IMG/VR virus record: IMGVR_UViG_3300034166_000560
Length of the DNA stretch: 64,000 bases
Reading direction: 5' to 3' (one strand)
DNA from: a virus
Below, piece after piece: positions 26,831 to 38,138 of the stretch. The notes beneath the pieces are model-generated. The model ran no database searches. It was not told the origin of the DNA and worked only from the letters and a program-made list of their open reading frames with translations. The translations under genes and the position numbers were made by a program. The stretch's first letter is position 1; every line of letters starts with the position of its first letter.

Positions 26831-28434
26831 CAGTCTGTACCGTGGATATGTTCTTTTAGATAATCATACATTGTAGGACAATCTTTGACTATTTCCTTCC
26901 ACTCAGCCTTTTTCTTATCTAGGTTATCAGCAGCTAATTTATATTTTTCTTTCCACTCTTCTTTGCATATATCATTATACGCATACAAAGAATTGTTATC
27001 AGTTGGAAAATAATTCATACCAGAAGAAATAAATGGTATACCGCCCAAACCAGTAAAACCATAATTTTCCATTCTAGCGTCTGCAGCCCTAGTAAAACCA
27101 CTTACTTCGCTTGTGTCTACCTTCTTTGTTATTGATCCAAAGTCTCTTTTACCGATATCTCTCCAATATGGAGTATCGTCTCTGTGAGACAAAGCGTAGT
27201 GTAATGCAACGAAATCTGCAAAAGCCTTGAAGTATCTTCTACAAGCATAATTATAAACGTCAATGTCCCACTGGCTCACATAACCTTCTGAATCTCTACC
27301 AAGAATACGAATCATTCTCATCAAAAATTCATGAATGCTAAGAAGTCCATTACTCTCAAGCGGCTCAATGAATCCCGCAGACAATCCAATAGCTGCTACG
27401 TTCTTGACCCAAATGCGCTCGTGGATACCAACACGTGATTTGATATTCTTAAATTTAATTCCTTGGTTATTAAAATCCATCTCGTCATCAAAATGACCAG
27501 TGCTACGGAGATATTGTTTAAACTCTTCTAGAGCATCTTCATCACTGATGTATTTGTCTGAATAAACATATCCTGTTCCCAAACGATTCCACAATGGGAT
27601 TGTCCACACCCAACCATTATTAATAGCGTGGCAGTTGGTATATGTAATCATTTCCTTACGCTTATCAACATAAGGAATCTGAGCAGCCCAAGCAGAATTG
27701 TTTGGTAGAATATCGCTCATAGAAATGAACGGTTCGTTTAGAGCTCCAGCTAAAAGAATAGATTTGAAACCAGTGCAATCAATGAACAAATCGGCGGTGA
27801 CTTTTTCGCCATTATCTAGCTGAAGAAAGTTGATACCGTTCTCATCATCAAAATCAACCATCTTTACTTCAGCTAGTATATTCTTAACACCACGTGGAAT
27901 AGCGTATTCTGTTCTTAACCAATTAGCAAACTTGACAGCATTAAAATGATAAGCTGTGTCTTTTCTGAAATTGAAGTTTGGTAATACACCTTCTGAGTTT
28001 TCAAAAATTTTATTTTCATTAACCAACGCCATGATTGGACACATACAATCTGCATAATCACTATTAGGCGTTTCTGGGTAAAGGAACTTTTTAAAATACC
28101 AATCATTTAATACAGCAACATTACCATCAGTATTGGTAGAACCAAACGGATAATGAAACGCTCCAGCGCCTTTTTTATAAAAGTCCTCGAATCTAATAGA
28201 AAGTTTATACGTTGCATCTGTAATTTTCATGAAATCTTTGTCTTCGATCTCAAGAAGTTTTAACCAAGAATTAATAAAACCTAATGTTGACTCTCCAACA
28301 CCAACAGTTGGAATATTTGGCGATTCAATTAGAGTAATATTTTTATTAGGAAAAACTTTGATCAAAGTGGCTGCAGCCATCCATCCAGCTGAACCACCAC
28401 CAACGATGACAATCTTATCAATTTTCTTAGTCAT
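26830..28434 (-). CDS. Flavin-dependent tryptophan-halogenase-family protein
   Basis: GGGSAGW, VGVGEST, ATYKLSIRF (catalytic K), DCTGF, WVWTIP, FIEPLESNG. Confidence 0.9.
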   Translation of the reverse strand: MTKKIDKIVIVGGGSAGWMAAATLIKVFPNKNITLIESPNIPTVGVGESTLGFINSWLKLLEIEDKDFMKITDATYKLSIRFEDFYKKGAGAFHYPFGSTNTDGNVAVLNDWYFKKFLYPETPNSDYADCMCPIMALVNENKIFENSEGVLPNFNFRKDTAYHFNAVKFANWLRTEYAIPRGVKNILAEVKMVDFDDENGINFLQLDNGEKVTADLFIDCTGFKSILLAGALNEPFISMSDILPNNSAWAAQIPYVDKRKEMITYTNCHAINNGWVWTIPLWNRLGTGYVYSDKYISDEDALEEFKQYLRSTGHFDDEMDFNNQGIKFKNIKSRVGIHERIWVKNVAAIGLSAGFIEPLESNGLLSIHEFLMRMIRILGRDSEGYVSQWDIDVYNYACRRYFKAFADFVALHYALSHRDDTPYWRDIGKRDFGSITKKVDTSEVSGFTRAADARMENYGFTGLGGIPFISSGMNYFPTDNNSLYAYNDICKEEWKEKYKLAADNLDKKKAEWKEIVKDCPTMYDYLKEHIHGTD

Positions 28435-29634
28435 TTAATTTCCTTTATAATCTATAGAACTTTTACGGCTACGTCTAGTTTCTTCAACGCCATTAGTGTC
28501 GGAATCGTATTCTTCATTAACTGATTTTAAAATTGAAACTTTATAATACTGTTCGTTTGGTTTGGATACAGGAACGTTCTCGCCACAAGTTCGGGCGCAA
28601 ACTTTCAATTTTTCTTCTCCCCAATATTCTTTATGCCAATCAATAGATTGCCACTCATAGCCATCCAAAACATCTTTTAAGGATTTAACCCTCAAGTCAT
28701 TTCCAAAATTTTTCTCAATTCTTTCAATAAACTTTAACTTTTGATTATCTATTTCTCTAATCATATTAATAAATCTAGAGTCACGATCATCGTTATTTGG
28801 TAATTTCTTTACTGGAAATTTAGCGCCAACTCCAATATAACAACATGGGAACATTTTCTGCCAAGCATCAATATATACTTCTTTGTTCTGGAGAACAGGA
28901 CAATTAATAACAGATCTATCGATGTAGTCATTATATCTATCACTGAACTCAAAATCAAGATATTTCATGTCTTGATCGGAGGAAGAAGGTTCTAGATAAT
29001 GCGTAACATTTCCTTGTTTATCTACTACTTTCATTTTCTTGGTGTTAAAAAACCTTAGAGTTTTTCTGGCGACAAATCTAGCAAATCCTAATTCTTTGGC
29101 TATTTTCTCACATTCTTGTTCTTGATGTTCGTTATGTTTAAACGATAGAAACACCCATACAGCGTTTCCGCCAGCTTCTATGAAAGATTTAGCATTACGT
29201 ATAATTGTTTCGTATTTTGTTCCGATACGATGTAGATGGTGAGTGTCCTCTAGTCCATCAATTGCGAAATAAACGTCGCTAACCTTTGGCATAACTTTGG
29301 CTAATTGAGCCCACCACTCTGGTTTACGGGCACCACCATTTGTATGGATTCTTATATTAATCTTTGGATTGACAAATGAAGTATATTCGATCATATCAAT
29401 TAGATCGTCGTTTAACATAGGGTCTCCATAATTTCCAGAGAACCTAAGAAATTCCATCTGTTTTAAAACGTCTTCATTGAGAATTCTTCTATAATCTTCA
29501 AATTTCCAAGAAATAATAGGCAAGCCAGGATTTACAATTTCACCATTAATATTTCTGGCGCACATTGGACATGCAGCCTGACAATTACTAGTAATCTCTA
29601 AATGCGCTGCTCGAAGTTGATCAAATCTAAACAT
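28435..29634 (-). CDS. Radical SAM enzyme with C-terminal Twitch/SPASM-like Cys
   Basis: CQAACPMC (CxxxCxxC), GNYGDP, HTNG, IDG, C..(PCC)..C...C. Confidence 0.9.
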   Translation of the reverse strand: MFRFDQLRAAHLEITSNCQAACPMCARNINGEIVNPGLPIISWKFEDYRRILNEDVLKQMEFLRFSGNYGDPMLNDDLIDMIEYTSFVNPKINIRIHTNGGARKPEWWAQLAKVMPKVSDVYFAIDGLEDTHHLHRIGTKYETIIRNAKSFIEAGGNAVWVFLSFKHNEHQEQECEKIAKELGFARFVARKTLRFFNTKKMKVVDKQGNVTHYLEPSSSDQDMKYLDFEFSDRYNDYIDRSVINCPVLQNKEVYIDAWQKMFPCCYIGVGAKFPVKKLPNNDDRDSRFINMIREIDNQKLKFIERIEKNFGNDLRVKSLKDVLDGYEWQSIDWHKEYWGEEKLKVCARTCGENVPVSKPNEQYYKVSILKSVNEEYDSDTNGVEETRRSRKSSIDYKGN

Positions 29635-29636
29635 TT

Positions 29637-30374
29637 TTATTCACCGCTGAATGGACACCCTCGTTTTTCATTTCTTTTTAAGATGGTTTTGATTTTTCTC
29701 CATCCATAGAAACTATATGCTGGGGAGTTGACCTTTTTCTGATATTCGCCCTTAGTTAATAGATGAACTTTATGTTTGAGTTTCTTTTCACTAAGTGGTA
29801 TGACATGCACCATAGGCGTACCTATAGGAATTATATACTGATCTTGTTTTCTAGGAACCATAATAAAGAAATTGCCAGAAGAAGCCAAATTAAAATTAAC
29901 AACGCCTGGTAAAACTTTTATATCATATTCACCAAGAGCCCATTCCGCTCCAACAAATAGAAAATTTATGTTTTCTTTACAATTAAACAACCATGGAGAT
30001 CTCATCTTTAAATTGAAATATTTTGAAAATGCATTTCCGTATTGTTCAGGGTTGTGAGAAACTGGATCAGGTGGTGAAGAGAAAAAACACTGAAAGTTGT
30101 TTACGTCAGTCTTAAACCCCATATCACACCATGATTCAATCACAACGCCTTTCTTATAGAATTCTAAAAATCCATAACAAGACCTTAAATTTCTATGTCT
30201 TGATTCTAGATTATCAAAATCTAAATCGACCGGAGTTTCTGGAATTGGAATATTGTTAAACCATTCAGGTTTAGTTAATGAAGCATTCACAATGGGAGTA
30301 TATTTGTTGACATTCCCATCGCTTGTGAAACAATCTAAATGAATTACTGGAGTTTTGTGAAAAAATGTAAACAT
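29637..30374 (-). CDS. Hypothetical protein of the modification cluster
   Basis: P.WF, C.GF...K.G, K..SPW, LPGV, I..GTP..H.IP (dUTPase-like beta pattern), C-terminal CPF. Confidence 0.6.
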   Translation of the reverse strand: MFTFFHKTPVIHLDCFTSDGNVNKYTPIVNASLTKPEWFNNIPIPETPVDLDFDNLESRHRNLRSCYGFLEFYKKGVVIESWCDMGFKTDVNNFQCFFSSPPDPVSHNPEQYGNAFSKYFNLKMRSPWLFNCKENINFLFVGAEWALGEYDIKVLPGVVNFNLASSGNFFIMVPRKQDQYIIPIGTPMVHVIPLSEKKLKHKVHLLTKGEYQKKVNSPAYSFYGWRKIKTILKRNEKRGCPFSGE

Positions 30375-31189
30375 TAGTAAGCACTTATCTTCACTGTTGG
30401 TTTGGTTTCATTATCTTTTTGTTTACCGAAATAAATTTCAGCAGGTTTATGATCTCTTAATAATTTAAACTTATTGATACCTAGTTCCATGAATGGTTCT
30501 TTTTCCCAGGTATGATTAACCCCATCATAATTGTAGTCATACTTAGGGTCTTTTTGTGAACATTCGTATCGAATACCTTTGTCCCCTCTATTAAACTTAG
30601 AGAAAAACCCATAACACAATTTAGCTGGACATGTAAATGCGCATCCAGTAACTAGAAACAATCTAAGTCGCTGTCTAACTTCCTTATCTAAGGAAGAAAG
30701 CAATTCTAAATTAGTATTAAATGCTGCTGGTAGAGGAACAACAGTATCATATAATTCCAGAGATTTGTGTAGAGTGTAAACGTCTGAAATTTCTTTAATG
30801 ACTGATGCTTCTAGTTTATAGAGAGGAAAATCTCTTCGTATCCATTTGGCCAAATTATTTTTAACACAAATGATTGAATTGCCTTCACGATGATATTTTT
30901 CAAGAAACGGAATGGCTTCTTTATAAAGGTCTTCTGTAACCAACGAGGAAGTCAGCGGAATGCGATAACCAATTCCTTGATTATACATCCACTGTATATC
31001 TTGTTCTACCAATTCTGGTGAATTTTCTAGATAAGGTCTGCCACCGTATATTCTGCACGGAAAATCTGAGAATGCAAATACTGAATCGATTCTATTCAAT
31101 TCAATATCTGGAAATCCTTTTGAAAGGAAATCACTTATATGTTGATTTGGTAATTTAGCTCGACCAGATACGGTATACGTATAATCCAT
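30374..31189 (-). CDS. U32-peptidase/Fe-S-like protein (tentative)
   Basis: YGGR, ASV, GC...CP Cys cluster and terminal GI.KFKL reminiscent of U32-family TIM barrels. Confidence 0.45.
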   Translation of the reverse strand: MDYTYTVSGRAKLPNQHISDFLSKGFPDIELNRIDSVFAFSDFPCRIYGGRPYLENSPELVEQDIQWMYNQGIGYRIPLTSSLVTEDLYKEAIPFLEKYHREGNSIICVKNNLAKWIRRDFPLYKLEASVIKEISDVYTLHKSLELYDTVVPLPAAFNTNLELLSSLDKEVRQRLRLFLVTGCAFTCPAKLCYGFFSKFNRGDKGIRYECSQKDPKYDYNYDGVNHTWEKEPFMELGINKFKLLRDHKPAEIYFGKQKDNETKPTVKISAY

Positions 31190-31216
31190 TCACTGCCTCC
31201 ATTGAATATATCATAT

Positions 31217-31608
31217 TTATTCCTCGAGGCGCTGGACCATAATATGCGAACTCATTGCTCCACAAAGAGCAATCATTGCACATACGAAGTTAATAGTTGA
31301 TTCTGGTAACACAAGCATGAAAAATGCATTGGTTGTCAGAAAGAATACATTAATACGGAACATCCAACGATGGAACCTTGGATCGTTTAGCAATTCTTCC
31401 TCCATTACAGGTCAATATCTTCGAAAAAGTCTTCAAGAAGAGCCTGGAACTTCTCAGTAAAGCCATATGCCTTGTAATCTTTATACAGTTCTTTTAACTC
31501 ATGGACGTCACCAAGCTCACCACGAATGACCGTATAACCACGATCCTGGAGCTCATCAACCAGATCATTATCGTCGAATTCGGTCATACTAACTTCTACA
31601 TAAGCCAT
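31217..31608 (-). other. Two small hypothetical ORFs (31217-31405 membrane; 31405-31608 acidic)
   Basis: Coupled ORFs (TAATG) with RBS. Confidence 0.55.
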
Positions 31609-31661
31609 ATTATTTCTCCTTCAAGAAAGATAACCAATCATACTATAGTTTTTGAGAAATT

Positions 31662-32264
31662 TCAAATATATTTTTTCCAATCATACTCAACATCTCCATA
31701 ATAAAGATCGTCTTTTTCTCCGTAATCAATTATTAGATGAATACGGTTTTGATCGGAATCGTTTCTACCAGAGTGAGGTATGTTATTATTGAATTCGACG
31801 AGATCTCCAACTTTCATATTCAGAGATTCGTTAACAGAGGGAAACTTAAAAATAACATTTTCGTTTGTAAAAATGGGAATATGAATACGAATTGTGTTTT
31901 CATAATGATACATATAATCTATGTGCTCGGGAATAACGCTATGAGCTTTCATATTATTGAGGGTAATTCTTTTTATCTGTTTATTAGAATAATGACGATT
32001 GAATATTTCTGTAATCTTATCGATTTCATACTCAAAAAGTATTAACAGCTGTTTGTTAACAATAGTATTCTGAAGTATTATATTTTGTTTCTCAGGAAGT
32101 GTGAACAGAAAGATCATATCCAATGATTGGATTTTATTCATCTCATTCCAAGGAGGGCCAGGATCGTAGCAATAACTTTCCCAGCCCTTATTTAATATGT
32201 AATTGGTTTTATCGATCAACGATTTAGGGTCAATATGTCCTAAAATATTATAAGCAGAATTCAC
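31662..32264 (-). CDS. Aspartyl/asparaginyl beta-hydroxylase-like 2OG-Fe(II) enzyme
   Basis: I.EHID, RIHIPI.TN, G...EFNN...H...N.....RIHLIID. Confidence 0.85.
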   Translation of the reverse strand: MNSAYNILGHIDPKSLIDKTNYILNKGWESYCYDPGPPWNEMNKIQSLDMIFLFTLPEKQNIILQNTIVNKQLLILFEYEIDKITEIFNRHYSNKQIKRITLNNMKAHSVIPEHIDYMYHYENTIRIHIPIFTNENVIFKFPSVNESLNMKVGDLVEFNNNIPHSGRNDSDQNRIHLIIDYGEKDDLYYGDVEYDWKKYI

Positions 32265-32267
32265 AGA

Positions 32268-32843
32268 TTACTTTCCTATTGTAATCATTCCAACCAACTT
32301 CTTCATCAATTGTTCGTCTGGGACATCTGGCTTTCCACCAGAAGCGCTATGAAGGTCGATACCGATAACTTTGGCCAAATCCATAACTTCATCAAAATAC
32401 AAGTTTGGTTTACTTTCCTGCCATGCTTTTACGTCAACATTCCAGTAGTAAGTTTTACCATCTTCTGGTTTCGGAATTGGTGGAACAAGAGATAAAGTAT
32501 TTTCATCAAAAACCCAATCGCTTAGATCTGGGTTAATACGTTTGTATTTTTTAATTATTTCATCTCTTTCTTCTTTGTTCATTCTATGGATGTGGTGCAC
32601 TTCATGCCATGTTTCTTGACCATATTCCTCTGAGAGTTCTGGACTATGTTCGTAATCCAAATATTCATATTTTTCGTATGGGTGTAATTCTGGAACAGGA
32701 ACCTTAACGAACTTAACAAATCCTTTTGGTGGATTAGTAGGATCAAACCCTTCGATCAAATCTGCAAGGTTTTGCTCTAGAATTGGATGTGACTCTGGTC
32801 TACCATTTTCATCCAGTTTTATGAATAGTGATTGTTCTGACAT
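32268..32843 (-). CDS. Tail-fibre-associated protein (tentative)
   Basis: W.FDE.....PPIPKP.DG..Y.W......W motif commonly found next to phage fibre genes. Confidence 0.5.
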   Translation of the reverse strand: MSEQSLFIKLDENGRPESHPILEQNLADLIEGFDPTNPPKGFVKFVKVPVPELHPYEKYEYLDYEHSPELSEEYGQETWHEVHHIHRMNKEERDEIIKKYKRINPDLSDWVFDENTLSLVPPIPKPEDGKTYYWNVDVKAWQESKPNLYFDEVMDLAKVIGIDLHSASGGKPDVPDEQLMKKLVGMITIGK

Positions 32844-32845
32844 TT

Positions 32846-33532
32846 TTAACTCCAAACTGATACGTATACTGCGCCAGTGCCACCTGTGCCGCCATTATGA
32901 TAGCCTCCGCCACCACCTCCACCAACGTAGATGCTAGCTGTTGTAGCGTATCCAGGACCATTAACACCCTTTGTCCAAGAAGCAGTTACACGACCACCAC
33001 CGCCACCAGCACTTCCATTACCTCCAGAACAACCGAAAGCAGTTCCACCAGAACCACCTCCGCCTCCACCACCAGTAATTACATCTCCGCCATAACCGCC
33101 ACCAGCACCACCACCAGAGCCACCATAAGCTGTTACATCAATACCACCAACACGATAGTAACTAGAACCTCCGGCACCACCGCCTTCACCACCACGTCCA
33201 TTACAGCAGTATGCAAAGAAACAGAATTGCCCACACCATCCAGTACAAGTGTCGGATCCGGAACCTCCATTTCCTCCACCACCGCCACCTCTGACGTCAG
33301 CACTCATATATTGATATGAAGGTACAACAAGAGAATACGCTCCTGAAGAAGTATACGAATAACTGTTATTAGCTGGTTTTGAGTAACCGTCTGTTATTGC
33401 TATTTGTCCAGAAGTCTTTTCCAACAAATATCTGATATCAGAATCATTTAGCCCAGACGCTGCTCCAGCATTGGCATATACAATAGCCGCTATTTGAGAA
33501 AACGATATTTGGCCAGAAGATGGTAATGCCAT
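32846..33532 (-). CDS. Gly-rich adhesin/fibre-tip-like protein with an embedded Cys/aromatic loop
   Basis: MALPSSGQISFSQI..ISI-type N-terminus, repeated GGGGG motifs as in gp38-like polyglycine adhesins, loop DTCTGWCGQFCFFAYCCNG. Confidence 0.7.
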   Translation of the reverse strand: MALPSSGQISFSQIAAIVYANAGAASGLNDSDIRYLLEKTSGQIAITDGYSKPANNSYSYTSSGAYSLVVPSYQYMSADVRGGGGGGNGGSGSDTCTGWCGQFCFFAYCCNGRGGEGGGAGGSSYYRVGGIDVTAYGGSGGGAGGGYGGDVITGGGGGGGSGGTAFGCSGGNGSAGGGGGRVTASWTKGVNGPGYATTASIYVGGGGGGGYHNGGTGGTGAVYVSVWS

Positions 33533-33742
33533 TTAATTATCCTTATTGGTGTTTTCTGTATCAGCACCCCATTTATTTAAAGGACATGTCGAATTCGGTA
33601 AAAAGGTCTTAAACAACATGACACAACCACATTCTTTACATTGTGTGGTTGTGTCATTATATTTGTCACATTCTAGACAGATCAGCAAACGTTTTTTTGC
33701 TATAGCCTTACGATGCTTCACTGTTTCGTCAATAATAGTCAT
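33533..33742 (-). CDS. Small Cys-rich metal-binding protein (DUF6171-like)
   Basis: R...C..C.......C..CGC....K......CP..KW; late-promoter-like AATAAATA at 33785-33778. Confidence 0.75.
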   Translation of the reverse strand: MTIIDETVKHRKAIAKKRLLICLECDKYNDTTTQCKECGCVMLFKTFLPNSTCPLNKWGADTENTNKDN

Positions 33743-34054
33743 AACCGCCCTATACAGAAGAGTCTTATTTTATAGACTATTTATTCACAGTTCTTACTCT
33801 TAGAGACGGTCTACGCCTTAAACCCTATAATCAACTCGCAATCACTGACACCACTAAAGGTGCAGTAATTGACAACCCCGACACAGCACCAATGGTTCCT
33901 AGAAAGGGATCCATAGGGACCATTTTCTAGATCATGGTAATAGATCATTTCTTAACAGTCCTAAGAAACTCAAGATATTTGGCAAGAGAGATATATCCCT
34001 GGACCATCAAGAGTTCCATAGCAGCGATTTTAGCTTCAATCTTTTCTTTATCAG

Positions 34055-36781
34055 TCATGATTCAAACTCCATATTACGATTCTTCATTTCAGTAACCAGA
34101 GCCCAGTATTCCTTTTCAGTCTCACCACGTTCTTTGGCTTCGGCAGACCAATTACCTTCTGCGGCCATATAATACATATGGAGACGCCAGAGACGATCAT
34201 ATTCAGTTTCAAGTTCTTCGTTAGTTAGAACAGTAAGATCTTTCATCGCTTATCATCCAGTCTATTAAAGATTGCAGTAAGCAGCATAACAATACCCCAG
34301 AGCAAATTAACAACCGCACTGGCCTGATCATGCCTATACCATTCATTATACCATGCCAGACCTAGAAAGGCAGTTGAGAAAAGTTGGAAGAATTGAGCCA
34401 TCATTGTGACATTCCTTTCGCAATACGTGCTTTAATTTCCATACGATCACGGATATCCTTTAGCATCCGCACATGTTCATCCCGAGCAGTATAGTGGTCA
34501 GCAAGAATTTCGAAGGCATGTATGACGTTCATGCTGTCTCGCATATCCTCCATCTTAAAATCATACCTCTTAGGATCGCTATCATAATCTTTTTTGGCAT
34601 CTAGATACGCCCAGTAGGTTGTTTCATAACCTTCAAGAAGCATATCGAGGAAGAGCTTGTCGTATTCTTCCCATTCCATTGAAATCTTAATCTCTGGTTT
34701 CACTTATAGATCTCCTCTAGAACAACATCAAGAAAGCCACGAACTTCTGAGTCGAAGGCACCATAACGAGTCCACTGAGAAAGATAATTGAACATACCAT
34801 CATGGGTATCTTTCTTGGAGTAATCATTATTGACATAGTCATTCAGCTGACTGTTCAGCTTATTAGCAACTTCCTCGATCTCATCACGAGGGAACGAATT
34901 TGTAAGTAAACCCCACTGATCAGCAGAGAAGTTGCAGGTAATATCCTTCTTGATGACAATAGTAAGATTATGCATTGCGCTGCCCCACATTATCCAGCAT
35001 GTCCATTATTGACGGGCGATCTTTATCTCTTAGGAACATAGAACGCTCGATATCATGATCGTGCTTATCACTGAACCTATGGCATTTATCATAGCCAAGA
35101 GCATCATTGATACCATTATAGATACCAGAAGTCACCTTACGCCAATCATGATTGCCACCAATATTACCAACAATCTTACAAAGGATCAGCGCTTCGCTCT
35201 CATCAAGCTCAAGCGTAACGATCTTCTTGGTGACAACCTTTTCTTTAAACTTAACTTCCATATTAGATCTCCTTCTCATGCCAATCGACGAGGATGCTTT
35301 CCTTGCAATGCATGTCTCTTTGCCATTGTATGGCATGGTTAAAATCCCAAAGCACACCGGTGGTCGCCTCAAGAGAACTATCCGTGGTAACTACATAAAC
35401 GTATTTGCGTTCTTCCACTAGTGTCACTTCATAAGTCGTCATCTCCAACTCCTTATACCATAGGTTCCGGTGATTTCCACATCTCAGTGATACCATAGTC
35501 ACCATTATATTTCGATGATAATCTAATACCATTAAGAAGAGCCTTGGCCATATCTTCATCATAGGTGGCTGCTACGATATAGCCATGAGTCTTATTATAG
35601 ACTAGCCATGTAAACTCACCACACAATGCTCGTGTAGTATAAGGTTCTATGTTTTTACACTTAATCGGTTGTGGTGCCATCACTCTTCTACCTTCATGAC
35701 CTCTAGAGTAATATTGGCATGCTCAGCAAAATACTCTGCCCAATATAGTCCACTAAAGATAGCCAAAATCTTGCCATGAAACAATACAGCATACTTGGGC
35801 TCTGGATCAACGGCGTCTTTCTCCCAAGTGTATGTCTTGGCTTTCTCTTTCAGTGGTGTTAATTTAAACTCAGTCTGCATAGTGAACTTCTCCAGTGTGA
35901 AAATATTTTTGCGGATTTTTTTAGATCTAAGTACCTTAACCTTTTTGGTCGTTGGTGGTGGGCGGAATATTTGTTTAAGTCCGGGTCCCCCGACAGCCAA
36001 GCACTAGCTCCTGCAAGGGGGGGGGGGAGGCTTGACTTTTCCTCTATCTTGGCGTATTACTTAAAATTGGCACGACGATATCGCACCAAGTCCACATACA
36101 ACTCGATCCAAACTCCATAAGCCACACCAAGCACGAACAGAGCAATAAACTCCATGATCCTTCTCCTCTAACAGTCCGTTTCAAAACCCTCATAGCCATC
36201 ATACCACCAAAACTTGGCGATGTCAAGCAAACTCTTCTCCGTAGCCACACCCAGAGCTTGACCATGCATTAATGCCTTCCAGAGCAGATAGTGTGACAAA
36301 TGATCAGCCACGACGATACATCTCCCTACACCACAGTTCTAGGTCACGCACCTCTTGGTCATAGGTCGCCTGGTCAATGATGCCATTGAGCAGCTGGTAG
36401 TCGAATCGATCCATTTCTTGGTCGGCGATACGTTCAATGGTTTCTTCGGTCATTAGCGCTTCTCCAATACCACAGTGTACTTCCCGTCGGACCATTGCTT
36501 GGTCTTGACAATAGAATATCCAGCATGAACCCACTCACGGGTCAGACGTCGCACATAGTGTAGGTCACCAGATATGATCTTCTGCGGTTTGTTAGACATT
36601 AGATCTCCTCCCCGCAGCCACCGAATTCGTATATACAGTTAAGTTCTACCTTGCGTATGTGAACGTTACCGTCATCACCACCAGCAAGCTGAAACTCTCG
36701 GGCCTTCACATAATCAGAGAACACACCCAAGAGCTGCTCGCCCTCATATTCCATCGACCAGATAACAGCGAATACTTCCAT
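34055..36781 (-). other. Array of small early hypothetical ORFs (34055-34246, 34401-34703, 34700-34975, 34968-35261, 35263-35442, 35453-35683, 35680-35880, 36304-36453, 36599-36781)
   Basis: Overlapping stop/start junctions, GGAG RBSs, sigma70 promoter TTGACA-17-TATACT at ~36833-36807. Confidence 0.55.
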
Positions 36782-37040
36782 GACTTATCTCCTTATCGTA
36801 TTCTCAGTATACCACATTCGGAGGATATGTCAACACTTATTTTCAAAAAATATGCCGTTTACTATCAGAACCTGGAGGTGCGCACACACAACGATCCGTA
36901 ATAGTAAACGGCAGCAATATTGACTTTTTGTCGCAATTAGAATAGAATGGGTGGATATAGGTACGTAGTCTTAAGACCCACCCTCTGGTGCTATATCCAC
37001 CCAACCAAGCCACAGGATCAAGAGCCTGCACTCAGTTCGA

Positions 37041-37571
37041 TTAGACCAATGCCTTCACATCGGCCATATTCAGGAACTTCGGAGCCTTGAAGCTATCGAG
37101 TTCTGCCTCGAGATTGGCAACTTCAGCACGAGCTTCCTCGGCCGTATGGATACAACCACGAGCACCATCGGCAGCTTGGCCCTTGGCATACTTACGACCG
37201 ACAGCCTTCAGGCGAGCAAGGTTCTTGTTACGAATGTCTGCGATTTCCTCGGCAGTCTTATCCGTAATGGGCTTGCGATCCTTAATACCAGACATATCCA
37301 GCTTCGGCTTAATCAGCTTGGGCTTCGCAGCCTTCGGAGCAGCCTTCGCCTTGGGAGCACGAACACTCTTCGTGGCACCAACGCCATTCGCAAGACCGTT
37401 CTTGATAGCCAGATTGTAATAAGCCTTCGCACGCTTCAGATCACAAACCTTACCAGGAATACCAGACACAGCATCGGCAGCAACAATCTTCACCAAGACT
37501 TCGTCCATCGGGAGCGAAGCATTAGCATCCATCACACTATGGACCAGACCAGCACGAGTCAACTTCGTCAT
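37041..37571 (-). CDS. Basic Ala/Lys-rich early protein
   Basis: APKAKAAPKAAKPK low-complexity segment; own promoter (TTGACA..TAGAAT ~37644-37616) and GGAGA RBS; strongly biased codons. Confidence 0.7.
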   Translation of the reverse strand: MTKLTRAGLVHSVMDANASLPMDEVLVKIVAADAVSGIPGKVCDLKRAKAYYNLAIKNGLANGVGATKSVRAPKAKAAPKAAKPKLIKPKLDMSGIKDRKPITDKTAEEIADIRNKNLARLKAVGRKYAKGQAADGARGCIHTAEEARAEVANLEAELDSFKAPKFLNMADVKALV

Positions 37572-37997
37572 TTCACTTCTCCATCATATAAGAGGTCTCA
37601 TCCGACCGTATTACCATTCTACCGTATTTCGAGGATTTGTCAACACCTATCCTCAACTTTTTTGTTTATCGTGCCAGATCAAGCAGTTACTAACGAACCA
37701 TGTCTAGCCCACACTGCATCAACGTAGTCTGTGTGATTGTCCCTAAACCACAGCAAATAACGCTTGACTGCAACAAGAGATATATTAGTATAGGTGATAG
37801 TGCCATTGTCGAATTGCACTGTGAGATCATATGTTTCGATTCTCATTGGATCACATCCAGGATTTGAGTAAGAACAACGAACACAGAGAGACCAACAATC
37901 ACCAGCATCATACCAATGACATTCTGCATTTCAGTATTAGACATGTTTATCATCCTCACAGTAATGATTATACCAGTATTCTCGAAATAGTCAACAC

Positions 37998-38138
37998 TTA
38001 TTTTGTCTCAACTACCATTTCTGTTACTTCTACGTATTCGCCCTCTTCATACATGCACTCGGCATAATTATAAGCCAGAGTTTCATTGGCGAACACTCGC
38101 ATTTTACCTTCATTGGAGACACAGACGAATACGATCAT
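37998..38138 (-). CDS. Small hypothetical protein (46 aa)
   Basis: Manual translation MIVFVCVSNEGKMRVFANETLAY..; AGGAG RBS and promoter directly upstream. Confidence 0.55.
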   Translation of the reverse strand: MIVFVCVSNEGKMRVFANETLAYNYAECMYEEGEYVEVTEMVVETK

